Origin: Phoronis australis | Taxonomy: Eukaryota > Animalia > Phoronida | NCBI GenBank assembly: GCA_002633005.1 | Contig: NMRA01000357.1 | Coordinates: forward strand, 196,894 to 260,893 | Direction of reading: 5' to 3' | Length of the DNA: 64,000 nucleotides | Part shown: positions 1 through 11,300 of the stretch, one piece after another | Numbering within the stretch: the first letter of the stretch is position 1 | Layout: each line of letters starts with the position of its first letter | Notes under the pieces: generated by a model | Told to the model about the DNA's origin: nothing | Seen by the model: only the letters and a program-made list of their open reading frames with translations | The model's database searches: none | Translations under genes and position numbers: made by a program

Positions 1-299
1 TTATAGATGACTAAGTTATGATGAGAAATGTACCTGACATGGAAGCGAACAGTTTTTAACTTCCCTCCCCTCCTCGTCTTTTTGAAACCCTACAAAACGT
101 AGGCACACATAAAGAAATAAGGGCAGCACAAACTTCTCACACGACTTTTCCCACAACTGCTTTCGACGCTTGTTATGACAAGGGATTACAATGCACCTGT
201 TGCCAGGAATTGTAGAGGTAGAATGGCGGCCATAACATACTTTGATACGGCGGGTTAATAAGGTGAAGACTAAGAAGATTAAAGATGAAAACTATTATC

Positions 300-673
300 T
301 CTGAACTGAAATTGAAGTGCTGAGATACGGTAAGAGGACTTATTTTTTAGATTTGCTGTGTTTCTTGGTTCCCTTTCGATATTTTGTTCTCTGGCTCGTA
401 TTTATTTTCGAGTACAATTTCAAGCACACTGCCATACCAAACTTGAAATTTAAGCATAGACTCGGAATTTTTACTCAAAATCGTACTCGAAATATAGATG
501 AGATACACTTCAGTTCGAGTACACTCGAAAACTGAGTACGTGCTCGAAATTTCGAGTACAGATTTTTCGAGTATGACATTGAATACACCAAAGCTGAGTC
601 TGTACTCGAGTTGAGTATGAAGTGTGAGTTTGAGCATGATTCGAGTCTGAGTACGGAGATTGGGGACCGGGCC
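300..673. mobile_element. Truncated Harbinger-like MITE related to the 401-bp family
   Basis: Ends in agattggggaccgggcc like the copies at 30349 and 36717, and is rich in actcga/tcgagt motifs. The left end was not found, so the start is approximate. Confidence 0.55.
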
Positions 674-934
674 CACTCCATGAGCAGACGGCTAAAGTTT
701 CTGCAGGAGCACTCAGGTAATGTATTATAATTCTACAGGTTTTGTAGGAAAATAGTGTGAGTTTGCTGCTTGTGTGCAATAAACAAGAAATAGAAAACAT
801 TTTCGAACATATTAAATTTACCCAGTAAAGCACACGTTCTACGAACGCACAGAAACTGATTCTAGTTTGTATTTCCACTTGGCTCTATATCTGCTTCATA
901 ACCAAAATCTATGTGACGTAGTGCGTAGTCAAAT

Positions 935-2270
935 TTGTTGTCAATACTTGTTTCTTCTAGTGAGTACTACAGAAGAACAGCGGAAATACCGGATTGTTCT
1001 AAAACGCCCTGGATCCCCACGACCCCCCCTACCCATGACCCACGACCCCTTCCACCCACGGTCCACAACCTTTTCGACACAGTCTACACATGTTCGACTC
1101 GATCTGAACACAGAACAAGCGCTGACTTGCAGGACCATCGAGTCTGGACGTGACCTCGGTTGCTTTTTCTCTGTTTTTTGCAATTAATAGAGTCGACGAT
1201 TCGACAAGTTTGAAAGCCAAAAAACAGAAAAAATAAACAACACCACCAAATCAATTTAAAGACCTACCAACGTTACAAAGTTCGTTCCCGACAGAATGTA
1301 ATCGTCTCGTCTGCTCTTCAGTGAATGTCAGATTCAAGAATTTTTGGGAGAGTGCAAGGAACCCACAAATATGTAATTTCTTCAGTAAATATAGTTTGAA
1401 AACAAAACTGTTAACTAAAAAAAGTATCTCAACGTTACATGGAGTATATAGTAAACGAGTATACAACAGAAAACAAATAATAAAAATGTGAAATTATGTG
1501 CATTCACGTTAACGCACTCTCACCCCAAGTTTAGAAGAACAGGGGCATCAGTAGCCGCTCGTAAAACTATTTCCGTGACAACGATAAGCACGCTCACAAC
1601 TCACTCTTTCAGATCATGTTCTTACGCTACTTTCTGTTTTTAACGACCAGGCTTGAGCCAGAGCAGATTCACGAGTCACTCAGCAACGTAATATGATTAT
1701 GCAATGTGTAAAAATCGTAGATGCATCTGTTGCCGCAGGCCGTGGGTGGAGGGGGTCCAAGGGGTCGAGGGATGTGGAGGTCGAGTGGCTTTAGAACAAT
1801 CCGGAAATACCCTTCCTAGACAACCCCTCACAGCAGTTGACTGACCAGATTTCGAAAGACAAAAAGCAGATGGAAGCTGTCATTTCTTGTGCCATAGACA
1901 GGATGAGGGATGCAGACTTAGGCTCACTGCAGGATCGGCTGAATTTCTGGGACATAGACTTGCCATCACCAGACTATCGGCATTTTGAGTAACACCAATT
2001 GCATTATGTTTCAGCGAGAGCTCCTTCTGAAATGCTCGAAGTCGAGAAGAAATGCCAAGTAACTTGCGTTCCCCACTCAAGCACGCACTCGGACAGCGAC
2101 ATCTTCCCAAACGTTAGGGAGCTGATATTGATAGGATGTGTATCCTCTATTGGATCCTGCGAGGCAGGGAGATCATTTCCTGTTCTCAGGCGTTTGAAGA
2201 CACTTTTGAGGGTTGCTACTGTATGTCTGAGGAAAGGGTTGCAGGGTTATTACTGAGGGCCATGCAGTGC
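935..2270 (+). pseudogene. hAT transposase C-terminal remnant, interrupted by a MITE
   Basis: EYYRRTAEIP|FLDN is restored across the MITE. DIFPNVRELILIGCVSSIGSCEAGRSFPVLRRLKTLLR..MSEERV matches the hATC dimerisation motif. Stops and frameshifts are present. Confidence 0.8.
991..1802. mobile_element. MULE/Mutator-like MITE, copy 1
   Basis: TIR GGATTGTTCTAAA..TTTAGAACAATCC, perfect 9-bp TSD GGAAATACC (982-990 and 1803-1811), subterminal cacgacccc repeats. Confidence 0.85.
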
Positions 2271-5200
2271 GAAACANGCATAAACACACGTTTTTAGGGA
2301 CTAATAGTTTAAGGGCTTAATGTAACTTCTTTCCGTAACATACCGTAACATGTTGAAAAACTCGTGGCATGTTGTATGAAAGATTGTCGAAAGTGGTTCT
2401 ACGACTGGAGTTGAAAAGATATCAAAGACCAAACTACTCCAGGTATCCAGCCAGGGCCACAGGTCGGTGCTTATAAAGAATGGCTAGAACTGAGTATAAT
2501 TGTCAGGTTTGTTAACTAATTTTGCCGAGATTGTATGAAACAATACATCAGGAGTCTCTCTTTATGAAAATCAAGAACAAAATGAAAAAGAAGCAATGAA
2601 ATGAGGCATGATTTGATAACTACAACTCTCGATCAAAACTCAGACCAGCAAACAACCGGAAATTCTCAATGCAAACTCTCGCGGCTAGCCAGTCTCTGCA
2701 TGCAATGAGAGAAAACACATGATGGGATTAGTGAGTGGGACATTACGACTACCAAATAAATTGATATTAATAATTTGGCATTCACTACGTGACAGCGCTT
2801 TTTGAAGGGTTGAAAGTGGGTGTCACTCAAGTACTACCTACTACAAGCAAGTTTGCGGGCTGTGGACATTGAAAGGCATGTTGATGGATAGATCTTGGAA
2901 GTGTGAACAGATTTAAGAAATCTCACGAATGTGCTTTTTTCATTTTTTGTTCTACAATGTCCCAATATTGCGTATTCCACACTTTTTCAACTACGTTTTT
3001 TTGTGACTTCATTACATTTAAAATGATTTCAAGGAGAAAAAAATAACGAGAATCAACGTTTTAGATACCATAACGCTGTCTGACATACATGTATCCATAC
3101 ACCATTTCACCCACTAAGAGTTTATAACTGACCGTGGGTCAGAGGTTACGCAGGCGCAGGCGACGTCATAGTTGCCTTGAACCAATACCCTAAACAGTTG
3201 ACACCTTCAGATACAATTTTTAGGCCGGCATCAATAACATGTGAGTTTTAATAAAATATAAAATAAAATTCGTGCACTATTTCAAGGCGATTTAGCTTTT
3301 AGTTATAAACGATTCTTTTGAATTAAGGGTTTGAGACCACATGAAGCGGACGAACCGAAAATTATGTTTTTACTTTGACGACAAAACCTACATCACAGGA
3401 AAGGCATCGCTGTCTGAAACACAAAATGAAAACAGTATCAAAATCACATGGTGCGTTAAAAAATTATCACCATTTAGGTGTCAAATTTTGACTCGCTCTT
3501 TTGATCGGGTAGGCCATCTTGGATGCCAGGGGCATAGATTACGAGATTAAAAGTACTTAAAAATTATTTTTACAAGTATTCCAACAGTAAAATTTAGTGA
3601 CACATATCCTTACCTACCATTCTTTTTAATTCAAGAGTTTTCACCAGAATTTAATCACGCATGTATTACTTATTGAATTGAGTGATTGAAGTGTTCACAT
3701 TTCACGTTGGACAACATAGGTAGTTCTGCTGAACTGAAAGACATGTTTTGACCCAGTTACTTAAATAATTGTCATTGGTGAATATTTAACTACATGTATA
3801 ATACACACTGCTACAAAAAGCGGTTTTGAACAATTTTTTAATGCTTGTGCCATAACTATTATGAATATTCTATATATTTCTATGTGAAAGTCCATTCAAA
3901 TGAACTTGCACTCTTGCTAAAAGATCGTTTGAAATCGTTTTATGTCCGAAGGTCAACTTTTCTTCAAGGCATGATTATATGTCACAACAGGACACACATT
4001 TTTCAAATTTTCATGCATAAATTATGTTTTTGATTCATGTTTTGTAACAAGTTGCTTTTTACTTCAAGATATATCAAAACAACAAAATGTGAAAAGTCTT
4101 AAATGATTTACAGAAATGGGTTACGTTTCCATGAAGTGTGAAGCTTACGCGAATCTCTGTCTCATAGCTTCATACTTTTATTATCGTGCTTGTCAAATTC
4201 TAGTTTAAGAAGAACGCCTTTATGGTACTCAGTCGGCATGGTAACAGTATGTCCACTTTGACACTTAACGTGATTTTGGTTCAGCTTGTATTGCTGGAAC
4301 TCTAAGTTACTTATTGTGGCAAAACGTTGTAAGGATCATTTTAATTCACATATTAATTTGTACTGAGATGTAAGCCTTGGCTACAATGACAGTTTGAAAC
4401 CCCTGCGTGCAATGTTTTTAAGAGATATCATTTTTATATCATATGGGAGCGTGACAACAAGTGACAAAACTCCAAAACTCAGATTCCGGGTACAGCATCA
4501 GGTAGCAGCTGACGAGGGGGGGGGGGNCTCCGGTGAGACATATGAACGATTTCCAAAATACTAAAACTGTCACTGTTGGGGCAGCACACGTTACAATCAT
4601 TCGAAAACATGCATGTAAATAATATTAGGTTTTGGCCAAATTGGAAGTAAGAAGTGGAAAACAAAAATGACGCTAGAGTGCAGCACGTGTACGACGTTTC
4701 GATATTCATCAAAAGTCATCCTCAGGTACAATAGCACACAGGAAACAATCGTAACAGAATGCTAGATTAATATCAAAACATCGTTTTTAAACATGCATAT
4801 GTCATCGTATCCTCTACGGAAACGTTTGGGCAAAGGAATCTAGTTACAGAAACTGACACCATCAGTAGTAGAATTATCTAAAAATTGACGTCAACTGATT
4901 TGATCACTCTAGAAACAAATTTGCAAAACTTAATGAAGCCCCTTTATGAGATACAAGTGCATACTGCCCGTCGCCAGGTAGTGTAGAATACGCGATGTTA
5001 GGTCCTTTCTATCGGCTGTTGCTTGAAAACAAACAAGAAGCCCATTTTTTTATTTGCTTATTTTCTTATTCAGACAGCAAACTGGTGGAAAATATTATTG
5101 GAAATCACCAAAACCCCGCAAATTGGCCCTCAGAGTACCTCAAATTAAAATGACTTAAAACATAAAATGGGGCACGATGTACCGAATTGTGACTCCCCAG

Positions 5201-5430
5201 TGAATTTTAACGGAAACTCCTTTAAAATGCAAACACTGCCTTTTGATAAAAAGGTTCAATGTCTTCATAAACATTATGAATTTTTTTTCTTTCCCATTCT
5301 TTTAAGCCGTTTTGTAACAATCTTTTTGAACCAGAAATCAGCTGTGTTGGGCCAAAATATTCATGATGCTCCAGCTTAAAAAATAATGGCCCAAAATATC
5401 AAATAAACACTTTGAACATATCTCACGCAG

Positions 5431-7603
5431 TACGGTGGCTGTAAAGAGACTGCGCGGCAACTTTTATTTTTCCGTTGTTAGCTCTATAGATAGACTTACT
5501 AACTCTATCGATAGACTTACTAACTCTATCGATAGACTTACACAATCTTTCGATAGACCGACTATCTCTATCGATAGACTTAGTAACTCTATCGATAGAC
5601 TTACATGTAGCAACTCTATCTGTAGACTTACTATCTCTTTCCATAGACTTAGTAACTCTATCGATAGACTTACTATCTGTATCGATGACTCACTAACTCT
5701 ATCGATAGACTTATTATCTTTAGCGATAGACTTACTATCTCTAACGATAGACTTATTAACTCTATCGAAAGTTTTACGCTATCGAGGTTGCTACCCCGGT
5801 TTCAAATTAAGTTGGAGGACGAAACAAGCCTATTGTCGATTTATTCAAGCCAGGACTGACTCAAAGTGAAATAATAAAGGTACCCATGCCTCGTTTTGGA
5901 GCGTCACTAAAAGCAAGGCAATTGTGACGTGTTTTTGGCCACTTACGTACTATATCTCTGAATTTGATTAAATGGCTCGTTTTGTTGAAGAACATGTCGC
6001 GGGTTCAGGTCAGATGCACGGTTATAGATTCATGCATCAAAAGTGCGTAGCAAATGGTGTAACTGTACCACGGGGCACAATTTGGCAGTTTTTAACTGTC
6101 ATTGATCCGCCTGGAGTTGAAGCCAGACGTTGTAAACGGCTAGTTCGGAGAGTATACTTTCAAATTTAAAGTGAGCCTAAGAAAACGTCAAATCCGAGTG
6201 ACAATCCCTTTTCTTTGTTTGGACTCTCCTCTCATGACAAGTTGCTATCACCATAGGTTTTTAATTTAAGTTTAATTTGTCTATTGTCACGTACTCATTG
6301 TGTTTTATCTTATTCTCCCTTGAGGTATTATGATTTCCGATGCTACACTTTTCGTTTTTGCATATAATTTTGATACCAGATGTGAGTGCTTGCAAAGAAT
6401 CGTAAAAAAGAATATAGAATATTTATTTAGAAAAAATGAAACTCTTAAATCCAGTAACACCCTATCACCCAATAACGACATGTCTCATAAATTATCAATA
6501 ATGTCGCACTGGTAACTGCACACAACCTGATTGCACCTGTGATAAACAGGCTGTTAAAACATGGCACTTCGACGCAATGGTCAACACACCTTCTAAAATG
6601 GAAGCTATTGTCGAAAGGTCTAACATTCTGAAAGTAACGAATCGTTGATTCTTAAAAACAATCTCAAACTTAGGTGTAACTTTCTTATAGTTACCGCATC
6701 ATCATGATACGATATACATGCATAAGATAAAATCATACATGCCAATTCAAATTTTGTTGAAACAAAAAAGAACGACTTAAATCCATCTCACACCTATCTT
6801 GCTTACAGTTAGCGCCAAACTCAGTATGTACTTTGAACTAAACAATACGCAGCACAAAAAATACAAATTATACATTATAAAAGCTTGTCTACTCAAATAA
6901 AAAATACAATTTCAACAGTTCTACAGTCTGTTCGGTGCCTACATATGAGTTCCTGAGCCACAGCAAAAGCCAACATACTGTCAAACTTGAAATCAACAGT
7001 GGAGTGATCTAAGAACCATGATTTTAGACTATATTGCAAACGTATTAGCAATGACGGACTCTGAAAACTAGCTAAGTGGTATCTTGTTTACTCTGATACT
7101 GACAAAACCAGAACCAACTTTTAAACCACAGAATTGCACAGTATCAAAATGGTCACCACTTTCGAGGTCCAACGGCATCTCCCTAACCAAATATAAGGTC
7201 TGTGCTCCCCAGGAATGGCTGATCACGCCAAAATGAGTTAGTTGTGTGTACATCTGTATTGTATGCCGAGACAAGTGACCAGTGACTATTTTTCCGTAGC
7301 ACCCCCTGTTGGAGGTATGACAGATATAAAACATCATGGGATTCATACAAGATCATTTAACTGTTTAATAACCGTTGGGCCTGTCGCTGTGCCTGTGTTG
7401 CGGGTCATGGTACATCACAGAAGTCCTAAACAGGCATATCCATAAAGTTACCAAATCTATCGATAGAGATAGTAAGTATATCGATAGAGTTAGTAAGTCT
7501 ATCTATAGACACAGCAAGTCTATCGGTAGAGTTAATAACTCTATCTATAGAGTTAGCAACGGAGAAAAAATTTACCGTGCCGTGGTCTTAGTCGGTGACC
7601 CTA
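5431..7603 (+). mobile_element. Putative IS3EU-like DNA transposon remnant with minisatellite-bearing inverted ends
   Basis: Termini TACGGTGGC.. and ..GGTGACCCTA. Inverted 21-bp repeat arrays at both ends. Internal peptide GSGQMHGYRFMHQKC..GVTV..L..IDPPGVEARRCKRLVRRVY (5972-6169). No clean TSD. Confidence 0.55.
5480..5770. repeat. 21-bp minisatellite (actctatcgatagacttagta-like); inverted partial array at 7440-7560
   Basis: Directly visible tandem units with a palindromic core ctatcgatag. Confidence 0.92.
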
Positions 7604-8286
7604 CAGTTGACCTTTTGGTGCTCTCGTGGAAATGACAGTCAAATATTGGGGTTTTGAGAATATCACTCACTGTACTTGGTTTCACTCAAAGAATTTTAAT
7701 TAGTGATCACCCAACAAAAGATCAGCTAAGGTCACGACCAACACTTCTGCAGACCGGCACATCTTTACGTAAGTCTAGTGAGCGTAGACACGGACAATTT
7801 ACCGTAGCCTAGATGAGACTTAAGGCGTACACTTGCTTACATACGACATGGTTGATTCCTAAACTTTTTGCAGCTTCATAGAAATTAGTCTCTAAAATAA
7901 TAACTAAAGTAAAATTTCAACAATGGGGTATTAATTTGCGTACTGGCTAGATCCTTGATATACCAGGAAATATATTCTTTACTACCCAATATAAGCCCGA
8001 GCCTATATTTAGATTTGTGTTTTGGATCTTTAACTGATCCGAGTGTATGCCAGGGCTTGAGTGCAAAAAAACTCCATAAGGCCCTACTTAAAATGCACAC
8101 AATATCAAAGGCTTTCGAGACGATTAGAACATGTGTGAAATGAATTGATAAGATAATTTCTTCGACCCAATTCAAATAAGTAGATTTTCGTAGTGAGTGT
8201 TGCTAGGATGATCAATTTCCTTGTTGAGACTTCGTTAACTGAGCTCGGGGAGGGAATCTTATCACTTACTCTGGACTGGCGACAAA

Positions 8287-8353
8287 ATGCAGTCACGAGC
8301 ATTGCTGTGTTACGGGTGTATGGTTATTGTCCTGGCCTTGACTGAGTTTGCAG
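8287..8353 (+). CDS. exon 1, signal peptide [22 protein letters not shown](G)
   Basis: aaaATG start context, hydrophobic core, donor G|gtgata in phase 1 matching exon 2 (gives ...[10 protein letters not shown]). Confidence 0.75.
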
Positions 8354-11300
8354 GTGATAAATTTACAGATTTCTCATGTTGTCTTCCTGAATAGTCATAA
8401 AACTGATAAGTTTGCTTATATTTTTAAATTGGTTTGGTATAAAACTAAGCAAGAAGTTTGTTAGTGCATTATTGTGTCAATCAAGTACTCAATCTCGCGA
8501 CAGGTTGAGACCTATCGTTAGCCAGATGGGCGAACGACGTTGAAAGTTAAATTACGCCGCAAATAATTAACTTGCGTAACATTCACCCATTTGGCCAACA
8601 ATAGAGAACAGACTGGGTACCGTCTGCACGAGCACACAAGACAGAAAATTCACACTGCAGAGCAAGTCCGTTCTTCACTACTTGGCACGAATTCGCCATT
8701 ATTATGGTTGAAAACGAGGTGTCGTGTCAAACCGCAAATGGTTCTGCCTGATTAGAGCACGCGCGTTTTCACATTTGCGTATTTAAAATTAATACTAAAA
8801 CGAGGCCTTGTGCCCTAAACAACAATCCATAGCAATTATTTTTGCAGCGTCACCAAAGTGTGCAATCAGCGAATGAAGGCGGTTAATGTAAAATCTTTTT
8901 GTCTAAATATAATATGGTTCAAATTCTACCGCCTATTACACGCTTGAATATTGGCCTTGCACCTATATGTAATGCTCCACCTGTATCCGAAACTGGGCTC
9001 ATGGCGAAACCGTCCACCAAAAGCAAACATGCAATAACCGTTTGAGTGCAACTAGATTTCTGTGATACAAAACGGTAAATCATTTCAATTCAATACAATG
9101 CTGAGTATTTAAAGAAAAACTGAAAAGAATGGCACACCACCGAAAACACTTTATTTAAAAACGTTCTTTCTCTTAATTTTCTTTAGTTAAGTACATGGAT
9201 AGCTCACCAGTCGAAAGATATCCCTGATATAAGGACATTTAGTAAGCTTTGTCTGTGTTTTTGCTTTTTCACGAACAGATCAATCAAGTTTGAAGTCCAG
9301 TAGCATTCAGCTGTGGCTGCTATTTGCCACAAATGTTTTATTTCAGCAAATAAGACTCACATGAATAACTTTAAAATATCACTCGTTAAATATTTTTTCC
9401 GAAACTCTGGTAAATATTGTATAGCACAGCACTACCTAGATTATATTCATGTAGGCCTTCATTCACACGGTGGATTTTCACAATTGTGTCCGATTATTGT
9501 CACCAGGCCAGTGTGTAGCTGAACAATGGCTGAACAGAAATGGCACTCAGTACCTGTTTGCAAATTCTACCAACTTGAACTGGGTTGAGGCTTCAGCCTA
9601 CTGCCGAGAGCGAGGAATGGAGCTCGCCACGCCGAGGAACAGTAAGGAGAATGAGTGGATGTCACAGCAGGTAGGTACTTACCATCTGTTCAAAATCTCT
9701 CATTCTATGAACACCACCATCTAACCTACACCGATTGGCACGACGTTTAGCTCGGTTATTTCTCCAACGTATCCAGGGGTTGCAACGCTTTTTCAACCTC
9801 GTTGCATCAAACAGTCCCAGATGGGCACCCAACTAAATTCTCTAAATCTACTTTTTGTTTGTGAACTTGTAAAAACATTCTATATTAGGTTAAGATGGTT
9901 TCTGAATGTTAAATATGGTTTCCCACTTGACGCTTTATTGTAACAGTTTACTTAGAAGAACATGCGCGCACATGGGCTCGGAGGGCTCGAACGAGCCACC
10001 CATTTGGCGAAGTAGGCAAAAAGATCCGCCTCAGAGGACCAAATGTCCGAGTAAACGCGACAGAAGTCCACAGGAATCCGGCACGAGTGCACAATTCGCA
10101 GGTCTGAACCTACTGACATCATTTCAACTTCCCCGCAACCATGAAATAACCATATACAGATCAAGATGTGGTCTATTCCTAAACAACGAGAAATTTAGAC
10201 ATAATTTTAATAATATTTCGGCTCTCTGTTCCTGTGGAGATACCCAGACATATCCTCATGTTTTCTTTGCTTGTGAGGTATGCAAGGAGGAGAGGGTACA
10301 GCTCTTCCAGGCACTCGAACAATACCCCAATGTTTATAAAAAATACTCTGAAATTCCGCAATTGTACAACAAAATTAATTTCTTTCTATATGGATGTCAA
10401 GAACTTAACTCAAACGAAAATATGGTTTTATTTGAAATAGTATCAGAATTTCTTTATAACATTAAATCTCTTTGTGTGAGTGGATAGAATTTTATACATC
10501 TGTATGAAAATAAATTATTTTCATTCGTTGTCATATATCATTGTATTCTTAACATCAGTTTTTTTATTTATGTATTTGTATATAATCATTGTATATAGAC
10601 TTCTTTGTATTTTTTTACCCAGATCTAATGCCTCTTGGCGCTTTCTGGGTTATGTATATTCATTGTATTCTGAAGATTTCGTAATAAACATTAAAAAAAA
10701 CAACAAAAAAACATGGGCTCGGAGGGCTCGAACGAGCCCCCCATTTGGCGAAGTGGGCAAAAAGATCCGCCTCAGAGGACCAAATGTCCGAGTAAACGCG
10801 ACAGAAGTCCACAGGAATCCGGCACGAGTGCACAATTCGCAGGTCTGAACCTAGTACCCCGTTTTTTGTTTTTTAATCTTCGATTTTTTTTTTTAAGGAA
10901 AAGGTTCGGATACCGCAAAATTCGAGCCTCTATATTTTAGGGTGGGTGCACCCATGGAGAACTATTGGGGAGATTCCGCGCCCTGGTACAATTACGTGTA
11001 ACTGGTCACTCGCACACATGCACGCGGCAGACTTAATACACGCGTTCACGGGAAAGCCGACCGTAAGGAGAATTGGGGCGCAAACTGTAACAACTGTGAC
11101 GACCGGGGGCAGAACTGGGAACAACATTTCAACGGGAAAGAGATAGGACCACTGGCTGACCTAAGATATCGCGGTGGGGGGGTGGGGGGAATGGGTGGCA
11201 GTAACCACTATTTCGACTGGCGCCTTTCGGCGATGTTCAGCGACCGTGTAGGGGGCGATATTGGCGTCGACGGCAGGCAAAAGCGGCAGTGGCCAGGGGT

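Noticed and set aside
4516-4527. Poly-G runs (also about 24372 and the window end) as G-quadruplex elements
   Set aside because: They lie next to N characters (4527, 24397) or the sequence end, so their length and context are unreliable.
5423-5869. ORFs with SIDRL repeats, and a possible CRISPR-like array
   Set aside because: They are translations of a 21-bp minisatellite with no unique spacers, and there are no cas genes in this eukaryotic context.
6560-7380. Possible minus-strand L1/Tx1 3' remnant, with a similar one at 51560-52330
   Set aside because: Only faint E..H...C motif traces; too degraded to support without an alignment.
9906-10487. 193-aa ORF, the longest in the track, as a host gene
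   Set aside because: It is a chance fusion of the 143-bp repeat with a LINE C-terminus inside intron 2.
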